Source: Patescibacteria group bacterium (lineage in GTDB: Bacteria > Patescibacteriota > Patescibacteriia > Patescibacteriales > BS150m-G62). Taken from it: a stretch of 55,441 bases of DNA. The notes below the pieces were generated by a model. The model saw only the letters and a program-made list of their open reading frames with translations, searched no databases and was not told the DNA's origin. Positions within the stretch are counted from its first letter, which is position 1; each line of letters begins with the position of its first letter. A program made the position numbers and the translations under genes. Shown in pieces: positions 1-11,039 of the stretch. The stretch covers positions 1-55,441 of the forward strand of contig JADHVC010000003.1 of assembly GCA_016784175.1 (NCBI GenBank), given 5' to 3'.

Positions 1-157
1 GCGCATATGGAATATGTAGTAATTTTTAGCAGAATTTAACTTAAAAAATTTTATGTTTGAGTGAAGCGAGTTTAAAATTTTTGTTAAATTGTGCGTAAAA
101 AATTGCCCAATATTCCATCCTAAGCGAAAAAGTGATGCAAGTATAGTGAGCAGTTAC
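1..157 (+). mobile_element. Palindromic MITE-like repeat, copy 1 (left end outside window)
   Basis: Near-identical to the six other copies; ends ...GTATAGTGAGCAGTTAC at 157. Confidence 0.85.
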
Positions 158-234
158 GAATACAGGACACATTAATAAAATAGCTTGACACAAAATATTA
201 ATATATACTAAGATTGACATAATATTTGGATAAC

Positions 235-268
235 AAAAAAATCGTCACCTAAGCGACGATTTTTTTTT
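235..268. terminator. Intrinsic terminator (bidirectional type) downstream of hsp20
   Basis: A-tract, ATCGTC-N8-GACGAT hairpin, T-tract. Confidence 0.75.
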
Positions 269-283
269 GCTAGTAGCTACTAT

Positions 284-721
284 TTATTTCTTTTTAGTTT
301 TAGCTTTGATGATTATAGTTTTCTTTTTTGTTTCTGCTGATTTTGGTATCGTAATTTTTAATACTCCATCATGAGCTTCTGCCTCAGCTTTATCGCCTTG
401 AACATGGGTTGGTAATTGGATGCATCTATAAAAACTGCCACGACGAATCTCTTTTCTGTAGTAATCTTTTTCTTCAACTTCCGATTTTTTTTCTGACTCT
501 CCCTTAATAGTTAATATGTCATTTTCGATTGATATCTCAACATTCTCTGGGTCAATGCCGGCCAGTTGAGTTTCGACTATCATGCTATCTTTTTCCTCGT
601 ACATATCTATCGCTGGACTAAAATCACTTATTTTGTTTATAGTTGGTTGCATCCCTTCGAATACTTTATCCATATCTTCAAACGCTTCAAAAATACTGGG
701 CGTCCATTTTATTAAAGACAT
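284..721 (-). CDS. Small heat shock protein Hsp20/alpha-crystallin family
   Basis: PAIDMYE...LAGIDPENVEISIENDILTIKGE...RRGSFYRCIQLP...DGVLKITIPK. ATG at 721 preferred to the track's TTG at 748. Confidence 0.95.
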   Translation of the reverse strand: MSLIKWTPSIFEAFEDMDKVFEGMQPTINKISDFSPAIDMYEEKDSMIVETQLAGIDPENVEISIENDILTIKGESEKKSEVEEKDYYRKEIRRGSFYRCIQLPTHVQGDKAEAEAHDGVLKITIPKSAETKKKTIIIKAKTKKK

Positions 722-783
722 AATTTGTAATTTTGAAATATAAGGCAAGTATTACTTACTTGAACCGAATATTTTAAAATATA

Positions 784-1245
784 TTAATTATCTAATATTA
801 CTTTTGCTGGTCGAATTACTTTGCCAGCTAAAATATAACCTGATTGAACTTGTTTTTCTACTTTTTTTCCTTTTCCTTCTAAAGCTTCCATGGTGTTATG
901 GTCAAATTCTTTACCATGCGTTTCAATTTCTTCTAAACCTGCTTGTTTTAGCACATCTTTAAATTGCTTTATGACATATTTAATGCCTTGCAACCAACTT
1001 TCATCACCCCCCTTTTTGAAATGCGCTACTGAAGTTTTTAAATTGTCATAGACTGGTAAAATTTCATGAATTAATTGCTCATTGGCGTACTTGGCAAATT
1101 CTAGTTTTTCTTTTGTTGATTGGCGTTGTAAGTTTTGATAGTCCGCTAAGGCTCTACTATATAGCCCCTTTAGCTCATCCTTACGAGCTATAACTAGTTT
1201 ATATTTATCTTCTAAGCTTTTTTGTTTTTTTTTGCTTTTTATCAT
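784..1245 (-). CDS. grpE: Nucleotide exchange factor GrpE
   Basis: RALADYQNLQRQ, ILPVYDNL, GKEFDHNTMEAL, GYILAGKVIRPAKV; downstream of hrcA. Confidence 0.95.
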   Translation of the reverse strand: MIKSKKKQKSLEDKYKLVIARKDELKGLYSRALADYQNLQRQSTKEKLEFAKYANEQLIHEILPVYDNLKTSVAHFKKGGDESWLQGIKYVIKQFKDVLKQAGLEEIETHGKEFDHNTMEALEGKGKKVEKQVQSGYILAGKVIRPAKVILDN

Positions 1246-1249
1246 AAAT

Positions 1250-1918
1250 TTATTTTAAATTACTGCAAATTAACTTAATTAATCTAATATTTTTTTTATA
1301 ATCCATTCGCATGGGTCCAATTATGCCAAGCATTCCATCACCAATACTCGTTCTATATTTAATAAGAATCGATGAGCAAAAAGAGCCGAATGGATTTTCA
1401 GAACCAACTAGTATATGTTCGCCTATAGCGATTGTGTTAAACGAGTTGTCAATTATTTCGTCTATTTCATCGATAATTTGTGAAATATCGTATACTTTAT
1501 TCATCTGCGAGAATTCCGGTTGTTTTAGTAAGTTTGATATGCCTGTATAGTATAGATTTTTTCTTGTAAAGGCGCAAAATACTGCTAAATTAGACTCTTG
1601 AGCTAGGTTTTTGGCTATCGATTTTAGTTCAACCTCGTCAGCGCTAACCTTTAAGCTGTTTAAATCGGCCAGTTTGCATTTAGAGAATATACCTTGAGCG
1701 TACTCGCGATAAGACCTTTCGGTTGGGATCCGTCCAGCAGAAGTATGAGGTTGATGAATGTAGCCTAATGTTTCTAGCTCTGAGAGCCTTTGGCGGGCAG
1801 TAGCAGGTGAAATATTTAAGTTATATTTTTCTACTAAAACACTCGACCCAACTGGTTCAGCTGAGGCAATATGCTCTATAATTAGACAATGTAAAATTTT
1901 ATTTAAATTCTCATTCAT
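1250..1918 (-). CDS. hrcA: Heat-inducible transcription repressor HrcA (short form)
   Basis: EPVGSS, SPATARQ, HQPHTSAGRIPT, GIIGPMRMDY. ATG 1918 preferred because the track start overlaps the CIRCE/promoter. Confidence 0.95.
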   Translation of the reverse strand: MNENLNKILHCLIIEHIASAEPVGSSVLVEKYNLNISPATARQRLSELETLGYIHQPHTSAGRIPTERSYREYAQGIFSKCKLADLNSLKVSADEVELKSIAKNLAQESNLAVFCAFTRKNLYYTGISNLLKQPEFSQMNKVYDISQIIDEIDEIIDNSFNTIAIGEHILVGSENPFGSFCSSILIKYRTSIGDGMLGIIGPMRMDYKKNIRLIKLICSNLK

Positions 1919-1925
1919 TGCCTGT

Positions 1926-1954
1926 ATTTTATAAAAGTAGCACTCAAGTGTCAA
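1926..1954 (-). promoter_or_regulatory. sigma70-type promoter of hrcA operon
   Basis: TTGACA (1954-1949)-N17-TAAAAT (1931-1926) on the minus strand. Confidence 0.75.
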
Positions 1955-1963
1955 GAGTGCTTA
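1937..1963. promoter_or_regulatory. CIRCE operator (HrcA binding site)
   Basis: GTAGCACTC-N9-GAGTGCTTA versus consensus TTAGCACTC-N9-GAGTGCTAA, directly upstream of hrcA. Confidence 0.9.
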
Positions 1964-1984
1964 CAGAACAGGTGAGGTGCTATG

Positions 1985-2015
1985 AAAAACCCCGAGAAAT
2001 TAAAATTCTCGGGGT
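1985..2015 (-). terminator. Intrinsic terminator of the 431-aa gene
   Basis: ACCCCGAGAA/TTCTCGGGGT stem followed by a U-run on the minus strand. Confidence 0.75.
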
Positions 2016-2023
2016 GTTGTTGG

Positions 2024-3319
2024 TTATTGTTCTTGTTTTATTAGTTCAAATAGTTTTTTAATCGCAACTTTTTTAGTCTCATTGTCAGCATGTTGATCTG
2101 AATAATAAGCCGCTCGGATACTCCCTATGGAGGTGGAAGCATGCACTGCGCTCAATGATAATTCATTCCATCGCTTGGTTACAATTTCCATTTCTTCAGC
2201 TGTTAGGGGCACACACTTTGTTAAAATAAATTGTATTTCTCTAGTAGTAGTTATAAGGCTACACCATCTTTTAAGTACAATATCTCTGTGTTTTTTATCA
2301 GTCGTGCAAAATAACGACTCAAGCTTTTTAGTATCTTTAGTTAATTCGCATATTTTTGAAAGTGCCTCAATTTGAAGTTCAGGATATTCAGAAGTTTTAG
2401 GCAAGACTTCTTCAAAATCATCAACGGTTTCGCAAAAAGAAAGCCACTTCTCAAGTGCTAATTTTTCTGATGGTGTATTTTTAGGTGCATCACAAAAAGC
2501 ATTAAAGGCTTCTTCTTTAGAATTTGCAGCTTGCGCTTCATTGGTCGATAACAAAGACCATCTATCTAGTAGCATTTGGCGAATTTCCACCAGATCTTTT
2601 CTTACATACTCAAGTGTATCCCGAACCTCCAATGCGCTAAGCATAGTGGTACACAAAATAGACGTCGCTATTTTTTGAGGCTGACTATTGTCTGGCGCAG
2701 CTCGAAGAGCATCAAGAGCCTCATTCGGAGTTTTTGCATTTTCTGCTTCTTTTAGTGCTTGTGCTAACCATTTATTCATAACAGTCTCTTTAAGTTTTTT
2801 TAAAAAGCCTGGAATTTTTCTATATATATTCTGTAAACTTTCCGAAGTAGTAGCTTCTTCAAGCAATGCAATGGAAATTTTTTCGCATTTTTCGCGCGCA
2901 ATACGCTTAGCACTGCTCTTGGTTGGTGAATGGACATAAGCCGAATATGCTTTTTCTAAAGTTGTTGCGTTTTTTGCATCTCGAAGTGATAGTTCCTCCC
3001 ACTTAGTGAGAAAGTAAGTTGTGTCTGCCCCAACTGAGCTTAGCGCACGTACCACTTCTTTTGCCATAGAGGCGTCAACAACATCCTTGTGGCAATACAT
3101 GGCCATTTCGAGTATTTTTTCACGTATAGCTTGAATAGCCGTTTCGCTTGTTTTACCGCTGTTCTTATAGGCAAAATATATTTCAAGCAACACTTTAAGA
3201 TTACGCACTTCCTCTAGCGTTTCTAATAAATCTTTTTCTTCGAGATGGACTACGATCTCTGGAATAGTAATGTCGAGTGTACTTTTTATTTTTTCTACAA
3301 TGTCAAGTGCTGTTTGCAT
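2024..3319 (-). CDS. Hypothetical alpha-helical repeat protein
   Basis: 431-aa ORF, SD GGGAG, own terminator, degenerate ~30-38-aa repeats ending in (K/R)W. Confidence 0.75.
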   Translation of the reverse strand: MQTALDIVEKIKSTLDITIPEIVVHLEEKDLLETLEEVRNLKVLLEIYFAYKNSGKTSETAIQAIREKILEMAMYCHKDVVDASMAKEVVRALSSVGADTTYFLTKWEELSLRDAKNATTLEKAYSAYVHSPTKSSAKRIAREKCEKISIALLEEATTSESLQNIYRKIPGFLKKLKETVMNKWLAQALKEAENAKTPNEALDALRAAPDNSQPQKIATSILCTTMLSALEVRDTLEYVRKDLVEIRQMLLDRWSLLSTNEAQAANSKEEAFNAFCDAPKNTPSEKLALEKWLSFCETVDDFEEVLPKTSEYPELQIEALSKICELTKDTKKLESLFCTTDKKHRDIVLKRWCSLITTTREIQFILTKCVPLTAEEMEIVTKRWNELSLSAVHASTSIGSIRAAYYSDQHADNETKKVAIKKLFELIKQEQ

Positions 3320-3524
3320 TGCTATTGCTCCCGTGTAGGTTGTTTGGTATTTAAAGAACCATTATCTTTTTACGCTACTTTTAGCAAATGTCAAGTATTA
3401 TTCATAACTACTAACTTGCTTTTAGTAAAATGCGACGCTAAAAAAGAAATCATATAAAAAAAACGATGCTTTTCATATCGTTTGTAATCCTAAAGTTTGA
3501 TTGATTATATTTGGTTAGCTAAAC

Positions 3525-3884
3525 TTATTTTTTTATAAAGGGCTTTAGGAGCTGTGTAAAATTATTGCTGATTGGTTTTGGAATAAAGCCATCACAACCA
3601 ATATCAATAATTTGCCTAACCTCAGCTATCGAAGCATTCGCAGTAACGGCAATTATCGGATATATGTATTTGCGCGATTCTCGTAAGGTTCTAATAGCAA
3701 CCATGCCACTCATTAATGGCATATGCATATCCATCAGTATAATATCAGGCTGAAGTTCCATTGCTAATTCTATTCCGTGTAAACCATTCTTAGCCTCATG
3801 GGCAATATATCCCTCCAACTCAAGTAATGTTTTCATATATTCTCGAATGCTATCGTCATCGTCAATGACCAGTATTTTTGTCAT
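3525..3884 (-). CDS. Single-domain response regulator (CheY/DivK-like receiver)
   Basis: ILVIDDD, ILMDMHMP (phospho-Asp), IIAVTA, FIPKP. Confidence 0.93.
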   Translation of the reverse strand: MTKILVIDDDDSIREYMKTLLELEGYIAHEAKNGLHGIELAMELQPDIILMDMHMPLMSGMVAIRTLRESRKYIYPIIAVTANASIAEVRQIIDIGCDGFIPKPISNNFTQLLKPFIKK

Positions 3885-3926
3885 GTTCTCGGTCTCCGTC
3901 TGAAAATGTTGAGTGGTTGTGTGTCA

Positions 3927-4028
3927 TTACCAAGTCCTCTTTCGATTTTCCTTAAATATCTTATTAATTATGGTTGGAAACTGATCAGTACACAATTGTC
4001 GATCATCGTCTACAACAAGAATTCTCAT
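3927..4028 (-). pseudogene. Truncated receiver-domain fragment (33 aa)
   Basis: Own translation MRILVVDDDRQLCTDQFPTIINKIFKENRKRTW*; SD GGAG; N-terminus typical of a receiver beta1 strand and acidic pocket. Confidence 0.5.
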
Positions 4029-4278
4029 AACTTACTCCAAGTTTTAAAAATATAATATTTTGATTAAAAGAACATCCCCATAGTAAAATATATAGATATT
4101 GCTATGATAATAAAATAACATAATAATGATATAATTATTACAATGGCTTTAATTGCAGAAAAATTTAGAAAAATAAATGTTGACCGATAGTAACATTGTC
4201 AAGGTTGGTATTGACGAACGTAATTGTTAATGCTATATATAAGTAATAATGTAGTTCATTTTAAAAAAAAGGAGACAT

Positions 4279-4578
4279 GTGATGTTTACTGAAACCGAGC
4301 ATGGTTATCAGCGTGCTGATGTTTTGAATCCTGAGCAACGCCTATGGTTTGCTGTTTTAGAACAAGTAAAGAAAGATATAGACTTGATCTTTAACAAAGA
4401 TAAAGATAATAAGTTATTATTAAATGATATAATTACATGGATGGAAACCCGTGGTTTTAGGGAAGTTTGCTCGATGGCTAATGTTGAGCCCACTTGGGTA
4501 AAAAAGCTTCTCAATACACATATTAATAATCAATACTTAAAGATACTTGAAAAAAATATAGCAAAGGAGTTGCAATGA
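4279..4578 (+). CDS. Hypothetical protein
   Basis: SD AAAGGAG; PEQRLWFAVLEQ...W...F.EVC.MANVEP is reminiscent of small phage-associated hypotheticals (recollection only). Confidence 0.7.
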   Translation: MMFTETEHGYQRADVLNPEQRLWFAVLEQVKKDIDLIFNKDKDNKLLLNDIITWMETRGFREVCSMANVEPTWVKKLLNTHINNQYLKILEKNIAKELQ

Positions 4579-4742
4579 TCGATCATCAAATAGATAGCTC
4601 CAACCAGAAGTTAAAGACAAGGGCAGTTGACATCTTTAAAAATTTCCTTTGTCTAATTGCTGCTTGCATGCTTTTAGGAATGGTACTCTTGTTGATACAA
4701 ACAGTAAAGAAAACAACTATTTCTTTATTACTTCTATCTTAA
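4575..4742 (+). CDS. Small putative membrane protein (55 aa; not in ORF track)
   Basis: AAGGAG SD, ATGA overlap with the upstream stop, hydrophobic FLCLIAACMLLGMVLLLI, followed by hairpin CAGTGGG-GTAA-CTCACTG and a T-run. Confidence 0.55.
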   Translation: MIDHQIDSSNQKLKTRAVDIFKNFLCLIAACMLLGMVLLLIQTVKKTTISLLLLS

Positions 4743-4831
4743 AAAAAACAACACAGTGGGGTAACTCACTGTTTTTATTTACAAGAAAATATTATTGTGA
4801 TACATTAAGATCGTAATTTAAACAAAAAACT

Positions 4832-5794
4832 ATGTCAGGAACAAAAGGAATACAAGCGAGAATAAAATCGGTAAAGAACACCAAAAAGGTTACTAAAGCT
4901 ATGGAAATGGTAGCGGCTGCAAAAATGCGTCGTGCTATTGACGCTGTTCTAAAAACTAGAACTTATGCTAGTTTAAGTTGGGAAATTGTTTTAAGGTTGT
5001 CTCAAGCGGTTAACAATGAACACCCTCTGTTAACTAAAATAATTACCACAGGTAAACAAAAGAAGGATGTGCCATCTAGTAAAATTGCCGTAATACTATT
5101 TACTTCCAATCGTGGTCTTTGTGGGGGATTTAATTCTAATATTATAAATGAATTATATAAAACTATAAAAAATACAGTAAAGTCAGAAAATGTAGACCTA
5201 ATATTGGTCGGCAAGAAGGGCGTAACTGCACACAATCACTATAAATATAATATTGAAGCAGAGTTTGTTAAGCCAGATATTGCAAGTGGTGTGGATGATG
5301 TAGTACCAATAGTTAAATTAGTAATAAAAGATTATTTGGCTGGTAAATATTCGAAGATAATTATAGCTTACACTGATTATATTAATGCAACAAAACAAAT
5401 GCCAAGGGTTAAACAGTTGTTGCCAGTCAATGTAAATAAGGAAGACGAATATTTGGGGACAGTAGATGTTGGTGAAAATAATGCAAGTTCACATTCTGTG
5501 ATTGAAGAAAAGCCTAAAAAGAAATTAAATGACAGCAATGAGTATATATTTGAACCTAGTCCTCATGAAGTATTAGACGAAATGGTACCAAGGTTAATCG
5601 AAGTGCAAATATTCCAAGCTCTTTTAGAGTCAAATGCCAGTGAACATTCAGCAAGAATGACAGCGATGCATCAAGCAACAGATGCTGCTAGCGATATGAT
5701 AGACGAGCTAACTTTAACTTATAATAAGGTAAGACAGGCGGGAATTACAGCCGAGATTGCCGAAATTGGTGCGGGTGTTAACGCAATGAATTAA
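4832..5794 (+). CDS. atpG: ATP synthase F1 gamma subunit
   Basis: KKVTKAMEMVAAAK, SNRGLCGGFN, SEHSARMTAM, RQAGITAEIAEI. Confidence 0.98.
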   Translation: MSGTKGIQARIKSVKNTKKVTKAMEMVAAAKMRRAIDAVLKTRTYASLSWEIVLRLSQAVNNEHPLLTKIITTGKQKKDVPSSKIAVILFTSNRGLCGGFNSNIINELYKTIKNTVKSENVDLILVGKKGVTAHNHYKYNIEAEFVKPDIASGVDDVVPIVKLVIKDYLAGKYSKIIIAYTDYINATKQMPRVKQLLPVNVNKEDEYLGTVDVGENNASSHSVIEEKPKKKLNDSNEYIFEPSPHEVLDEMVPRLIEVQIFQALLESNASEHSARMTAMHQATDAASDMIDELTLTYNKVRQAGITAEIAEIGAGVNAMN

Positions 5795-5803
5795 ATTTAA
5801 TAA

Positions 5804-7227
<1,424 letters not shown>

Positions 7228-7228
<1 letters not shown>

Positions 7229-7653
7229 TGTCTAATTTAACTATACAATTTGAAATAGTCACACCGGAAAGAGTAATCTTAAGTGAACAGATTACGCAGG
7301 TTGTTGTCCCAACAAAAGCGGGGGAAATAACAATTTTGCCAAATCACATTCCACTTGTTTCTAGTTTAACTCCAGGAGTGATTATTGCTAAAAAAGAAGA
7401 TGGAAGCGATGTTATTATGGCCATGTCTGGGGGTTTTGTGGAAGTATTGCATGGCAAGGTTGTCATTTTAGCTGATACTGCAGAAAGAGCAGACGAGCTT
7501 GACGAAGAACGAATTGTAGAAGCTCGAGAGGTAGCTAAAAAAGCCAAAGAAGAAGTTAAGCATGTTGATCGCGAACAGTTTGCAAACATTAGTGCAAAAT
7601 TGCAAAAAGAATTAGCTAGAGAGCGAGCGCTAAAGAAATGGAGAAAATTATAG
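7228..7653 (+). CDS. atpC: ATP synthase F1 epsilon subunit
   Basis: FEIVTPE, GEITILPNHIP, SGGFVEV, ILADTAE; follows atpD. Confidence 0.97.
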
Positions 7654-7691
7654 TTTGGTGGTTATTGCAAGTTCCGGGTTTTTAAATAAAT

Positions 7692-7720
7692 ATGCAGCCT
7701 CTTTCAAGAGGCTGCGTTTT
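7692..7720 (+). terminator. Intrinsic terminator after atpC
   Basis: GCAGCCTCTT-TC-AAGAGGCTGC then GTTTT. Confidence 0.8.
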
Positions 7721-7889
7721 GTTATTTGTTATGAAGTATTAATATCTTTCCATGAATCTTCTGCGATGTACCTCGCAAGGATTGGGAGTTTACAATTATC
7801 TTCTATGAGAAATCCCTTATTCACGAAGATTATTTTTATTATCAATTGATGAGGCCATAACTTTCTCCTTTTTTTGATTGGTTGTTGGT

Positions 7890-9092
7890 TTATTTCAATC
7901 TTGGGTTTAGTAACATCGACATTTCGCGAATTTTTTGATCTGCTTGGAAAAATGGTCCAGACATTTTGCCAATATCATCATACCCCATAGAGTTCATTAT
8001 AAACATGTGGTCATTATCTAGCACTAATTCAAGATTATTCAGTGCAATTTTCATAAGGTCTACAAGCGATCGTCTAGTGATCACTTCTTCGAACTCTACT
8101 GACGCAACTTTTAGTATTGCGTAGACTGCAAAGGCAGTTCCCTTGGCTCTATAAAAAACATTGTCTGCCGTAAAATTCCCAACATTTGTTCTTACCATTT
8201 TATTTCCAGCATCAACAGAATCGCCAGCGCCTTCAGCGTTTGGAGTATATTTCTTTCCTGTAGATTCTTGTGACATTTTTGTTTGAATATGGCCCATTTG
8301 TGAATGTAAAACATGCAACAACGAACCCAGATTATCCTCTCTTAGTTCAAAAACAGATTGATTCTTTTGTCTAGAGGCAATGTATTGTCTTAGGCTTTCA
8401 TTTGACTCACTAAGATAATACGGGTAAATAAAGAAAATATCTTCAGGAATACTTGTTAGGCCAAGCGCGCGCTCAACAAAGGGGTCTTTATCTCCCGTCG
8501 TTCTGTGTCTTGCAACATCTTCATGAAGGGAAAAAAGAACAACTTTCCATACCTGACGCTGGCCAAGTTGAAATTCTGGTAAGTTATCCATCCACCAGCG
8601 AAAAAGTAAATTACTTGGAATCCATGTTCGATTAAGTTCACCTTGTTGCAAGTTAATTATAGTTTGTATAAACGCTTCACCAGGGACACTGGTCTTTTGG
8701 GCGACAGGCGGTCGTCGTGGTATTTGGCTGATATAGGCACCATAAAAAACTATTAAAAAGACTATTCCAAGCGCAAGAATGCTCGTTACTTGGTATCTTA
8801 TTTTTTGTCTCCTAAGATGTAGAGGTAATTCACGGAAAAGCCACCTTGTATTTTTCGGCAAAGCAAGAGTAAAACGCCAAGATTGAAGCAAGAAATTGGG
8901 TGTTCCTGTTAAAATAGCGAGCCCTGATTTCTTGATAGTTTGCATAGCCGTTGATTCGGTTGGTTCACTTTTTTGTGGCACTAACGCAAAATTTTTTTCG
9001 TCATCGGTCCCATCTTTATTGTTAATACTACTTGGGGCTAAATCGGAAGCCCTTTTCTCTTTGCTATTGTCGCTGTAATCAAATTCGGCCAT
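7890..9092 (-). CDS. DUF2333-like membrane-anchored protein
   Basis: One TM segment; WWMDNLPEFQLG, FELREDNL, ADNVFYRAKG resemble DUF2333 motifs; start 9092 has SD GGAGG. Confidence 0.7.
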   Translation of the reverse strand: MAEFDYSDNSKEKRASDLAPSSINNKDGTDDEKNFALVPQKSEPTESTAMQTIKKSGLAILTGTPNFLLQSWRFTLALPKNTRWLFRELPLHLRRQKIRYQVTSILALGIVFLIVFYGAYISQIPRRPPVAQKTSVPGEAFIQTIINLQQGELNRTWIPSNLLFRWWMDNLPEFQLGQRQVWKVVLFSLHEDVARHRTTGDKDPFVERALGLTSIPEDIFFIYPYYLSESNESLRQYIASRQKNQSVFELREDNLGSLLHVLHSQMGHIQTKMSQESTGKKYTPNAEGAGDSVDAGNKMVRTNVGNFTADNVFYRAKGTAFAVYAILKVASVEFEEVITRRSLVDLMKIALNNLELVLDNDHMFIMNSMGYDDIGKMSGPFFQADQKIREMSMLLNPRLK

Positions 9093-9121
9093 GACCTTCC
9101 TCCATGAACTTATATTGTGAT

Positions 9122-9133
9122 TGTTAAAGAGCA
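9122..9133 (-). promoter_or_regulatory. boxA-like element (exact TGCTCTTTAACA)
   Basis: Matches the E. coli rrn boxA consensus; lies 7 nt downstream of TTGCAA-N17-TATAAT. Confidence 0.55.
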
Positions 9134-9258
9134 GATAAGTATTATAATATATTATATAAAATTTTGCAAAAAAAATAGCCACCGGTTAGGTAGCTATAAT
9201 GTTGATTTGTTTATTTTGTCGAATATCACCCCCTTAAAGTAATAGGTAATGACTTAAT

Positions 9259-9654
9259 TTAATTGGAAGTATTTGCCATTCGCACTTTATATATTTTATA
9301 ATAACGCCAGAATACATAAAGCGCTAAGCTGATAATTAGCAGTTCAAAAAACCAACGTACTGGAGCCGGTAAAAAAACACCAAACAATCCAGTTACGATC
9401 AATACAGTACCAATCAGCAAAAGATACCCTTCTTTCATGTATTTATAAGAAGGATGGTCAACGATAAAGCTCACAACCTTAGTCCACTTGGGATTTTTAT
9501 TGGCCCACTCGATCATGCGGATCCAAGTAAAATATAGAGTACCGAGTCCCATCGCAATTTCATCAACATAGGGAATTGTGTCTCCTTTCCAAAGAACATT
9601 TACTACGAAAAGAATAAAAAGAACAGCATCGCGAATTATCATAATTTTTATCAT
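9259..9654 (-). CDS. Hypothetical integral membrane protein
   Basis: 131 aa, about four hydrophobic segments, SD GGGAG. Confidence 0.7.
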   Translation of the reverse strand: MIKIMIIRDAVLFILFVVNVLWKGDTIPYVDEIAMGLGTLYFTWIRMIEWANKNPKWTKVVSFIVDHPSYKYMKEGYLLLIGTVLIVTGLFGVFLPAPVRWFFELLIISLALYVFWRYYKIYKVRMANTSN

Positions 9655-9712
9655 TTCTTTCTCCCACTCTAATTGTTGTGTTGGTTTTGAAATGCTAATG
9701 CAAGATTATTGC

Positions 9713-10774
9713 CTATATTTTTTCTGCTTCGATGACTCTAAATGCAGCTTCAATATCCTCGGTTTGAAATGTAGATATTTTATTGATCGAAGATAGAAAA
9801 ACTTTTGCATTTTTGCATTTTTGGGCTAATGTTTCTGGTATTAGAATTTGATTCATTTTGTGTCTTTCAAATAGAAAAATATAACCACAATGTATTCTTG
9901 TTCTTGGATCATATTCGCTTGTTATTTCATAAAGATTAATTATTTCCTCGGCAAGGCTAAAAAAGTCAAACGCTAGTTTATACTTAACAGTTTCAATGTA
10001 GCAATATGCTCTTGCTATATATATTTGATGATCCAATCTATCGCCTAAAAATTCTTCAATCTCGTCTAGGGTCGTAATTGATTCTTCGTATTGCTTATTT
10101 TTTCTTAATAACTCTGCTAATAAGGTTTTATTCATTAATAGCGAGTTATTATTTTTTGATATACTTACAAGTTTTCTTGCAATTAAAATTGCATCTTGAT
10201 ACCTACCAAGTCCTCTAAGTGTTCTTATGAGAGTTATGTAGTCAGAATGTCCTCCTCTCATATTAACCGCTTCTTGTGCTGCCGAAGCAGCCTCAACAAA
10301 TCGACCTGTAGCCAAATAGCTTTTCGCAAGATAGATGAAAGTAGAAGCGTTTGGTTCAAGTTTAATAGCACTCATCGCAGCTTTAATAACCAGTTTATGT
10401 TCGCCTTGCTTAAAATAAATCTCTACCAAAATAGTATAAAATATAGCATACTTCTTTCTTTTAATCGTTTCTATCAATAATTGTATTGCCTCATCAAATT
10501 TTTTGAATTTTATACAAGCTCGCGCGAAAATTATCGTTGACGCTGTACTACCATTTAATTCAAAGTTCCTCTTTGCTACACGATAAGCATTTATAAAATT
10601 ACCCAGATTCATTAAGCATTGTGCTTTCAATCCAAGTGCACGAATATTATTAGGATCAATGCGCTCTACTATTTGGATTAATTCGATCGCTCGTTTTGGG
10701 TTTGTTATTCGTAAGTCATATACTAATTTCAATGTGCTATGAATATCTTTACGCTCAATTATTGTCTGACTCAT
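9713..10774 (-). CDS. Tetratricopeptide repeat protein
   Basis: Repeated A..Y...G....A......A...P pattern; start MSQT at 10774 with SD AAAGGAG. Confidence 0.8.
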   Translation of the reverse strand: MSQTIIERKDIHSTLKLVYDLRITNPKRAIELIQIVERIDPNNIRALGLKAQCLMNLGNFINAYRVAKRNFELNGSTASTIIFARACIKFKKFDEAIQLLIETIKRKKYAIFYTILVEIYFKQGEHKLVIKAAMSAIKLEPNASTFIYLAKSYLATGRFVEAASAAQEAVNMRGGHSDYITLIRTLRGLGRYQDAILIARKLVSISKNNNSLLMNKTLLAELLRKNKQYEESITTLDEIEEFLGDRLDHQIYIARAYCYIETVKYKLAFDFFSLAEEIINLYEITSEYDPRTRIHCGYIFLFERHKMNQILIPETLAQKCKNAKVFLSSINKISTFQTEDIEAAFRVIEAEKI

Positions 10775-10855
10775 TAATATTTCTCCTTTTTTTATTAAAG
10801 ACCAGTACAAAAAAAATAATATCACTCATTAGTACTTATGTCAAAGAATATGATA

Positions 10856-11039
10856 GTAACTACTTGCTATACCTGCATTATTTTTGAGCGCATATGGAAT
10901 ATGTAGTATTTTTTAGCAGAATTTAACTTAAAAAATTTTATGTTTGAGTGAAGCGAGTTTAAAATTTTTGTTATATTGTGCGAAAATTGCCCAATATTCC
11001 ATCCTAAGCGAAAAAGTGATGTAGGTATAGTGAAGTTAC
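10856..11039 (+). mobile_element. Palindromic MITE-like repeat, copy 2
   Basis: GTAACTACTTGCTATACC...GGTATAGTGAAGTTAC; 184 bp; flanks are not duplicated. Confidence 0.85.

Noticed and set aside
3404..3416. ATAACTACTAACT resembling the MITE left end near a TTGACA
   Set aside because: Short AT-rich match, no internal element sequence, and the spacing is 9 rather than 11 bp.
7655..7870. 64-aa + strand ORF after atpC, and an AAGGAG-ATG start on the minus strand at 7858
   Set aside because: The + ORF crosses the atpC terminator. The minus start stops after 13 codons; it may be a relic but cannot be supported.
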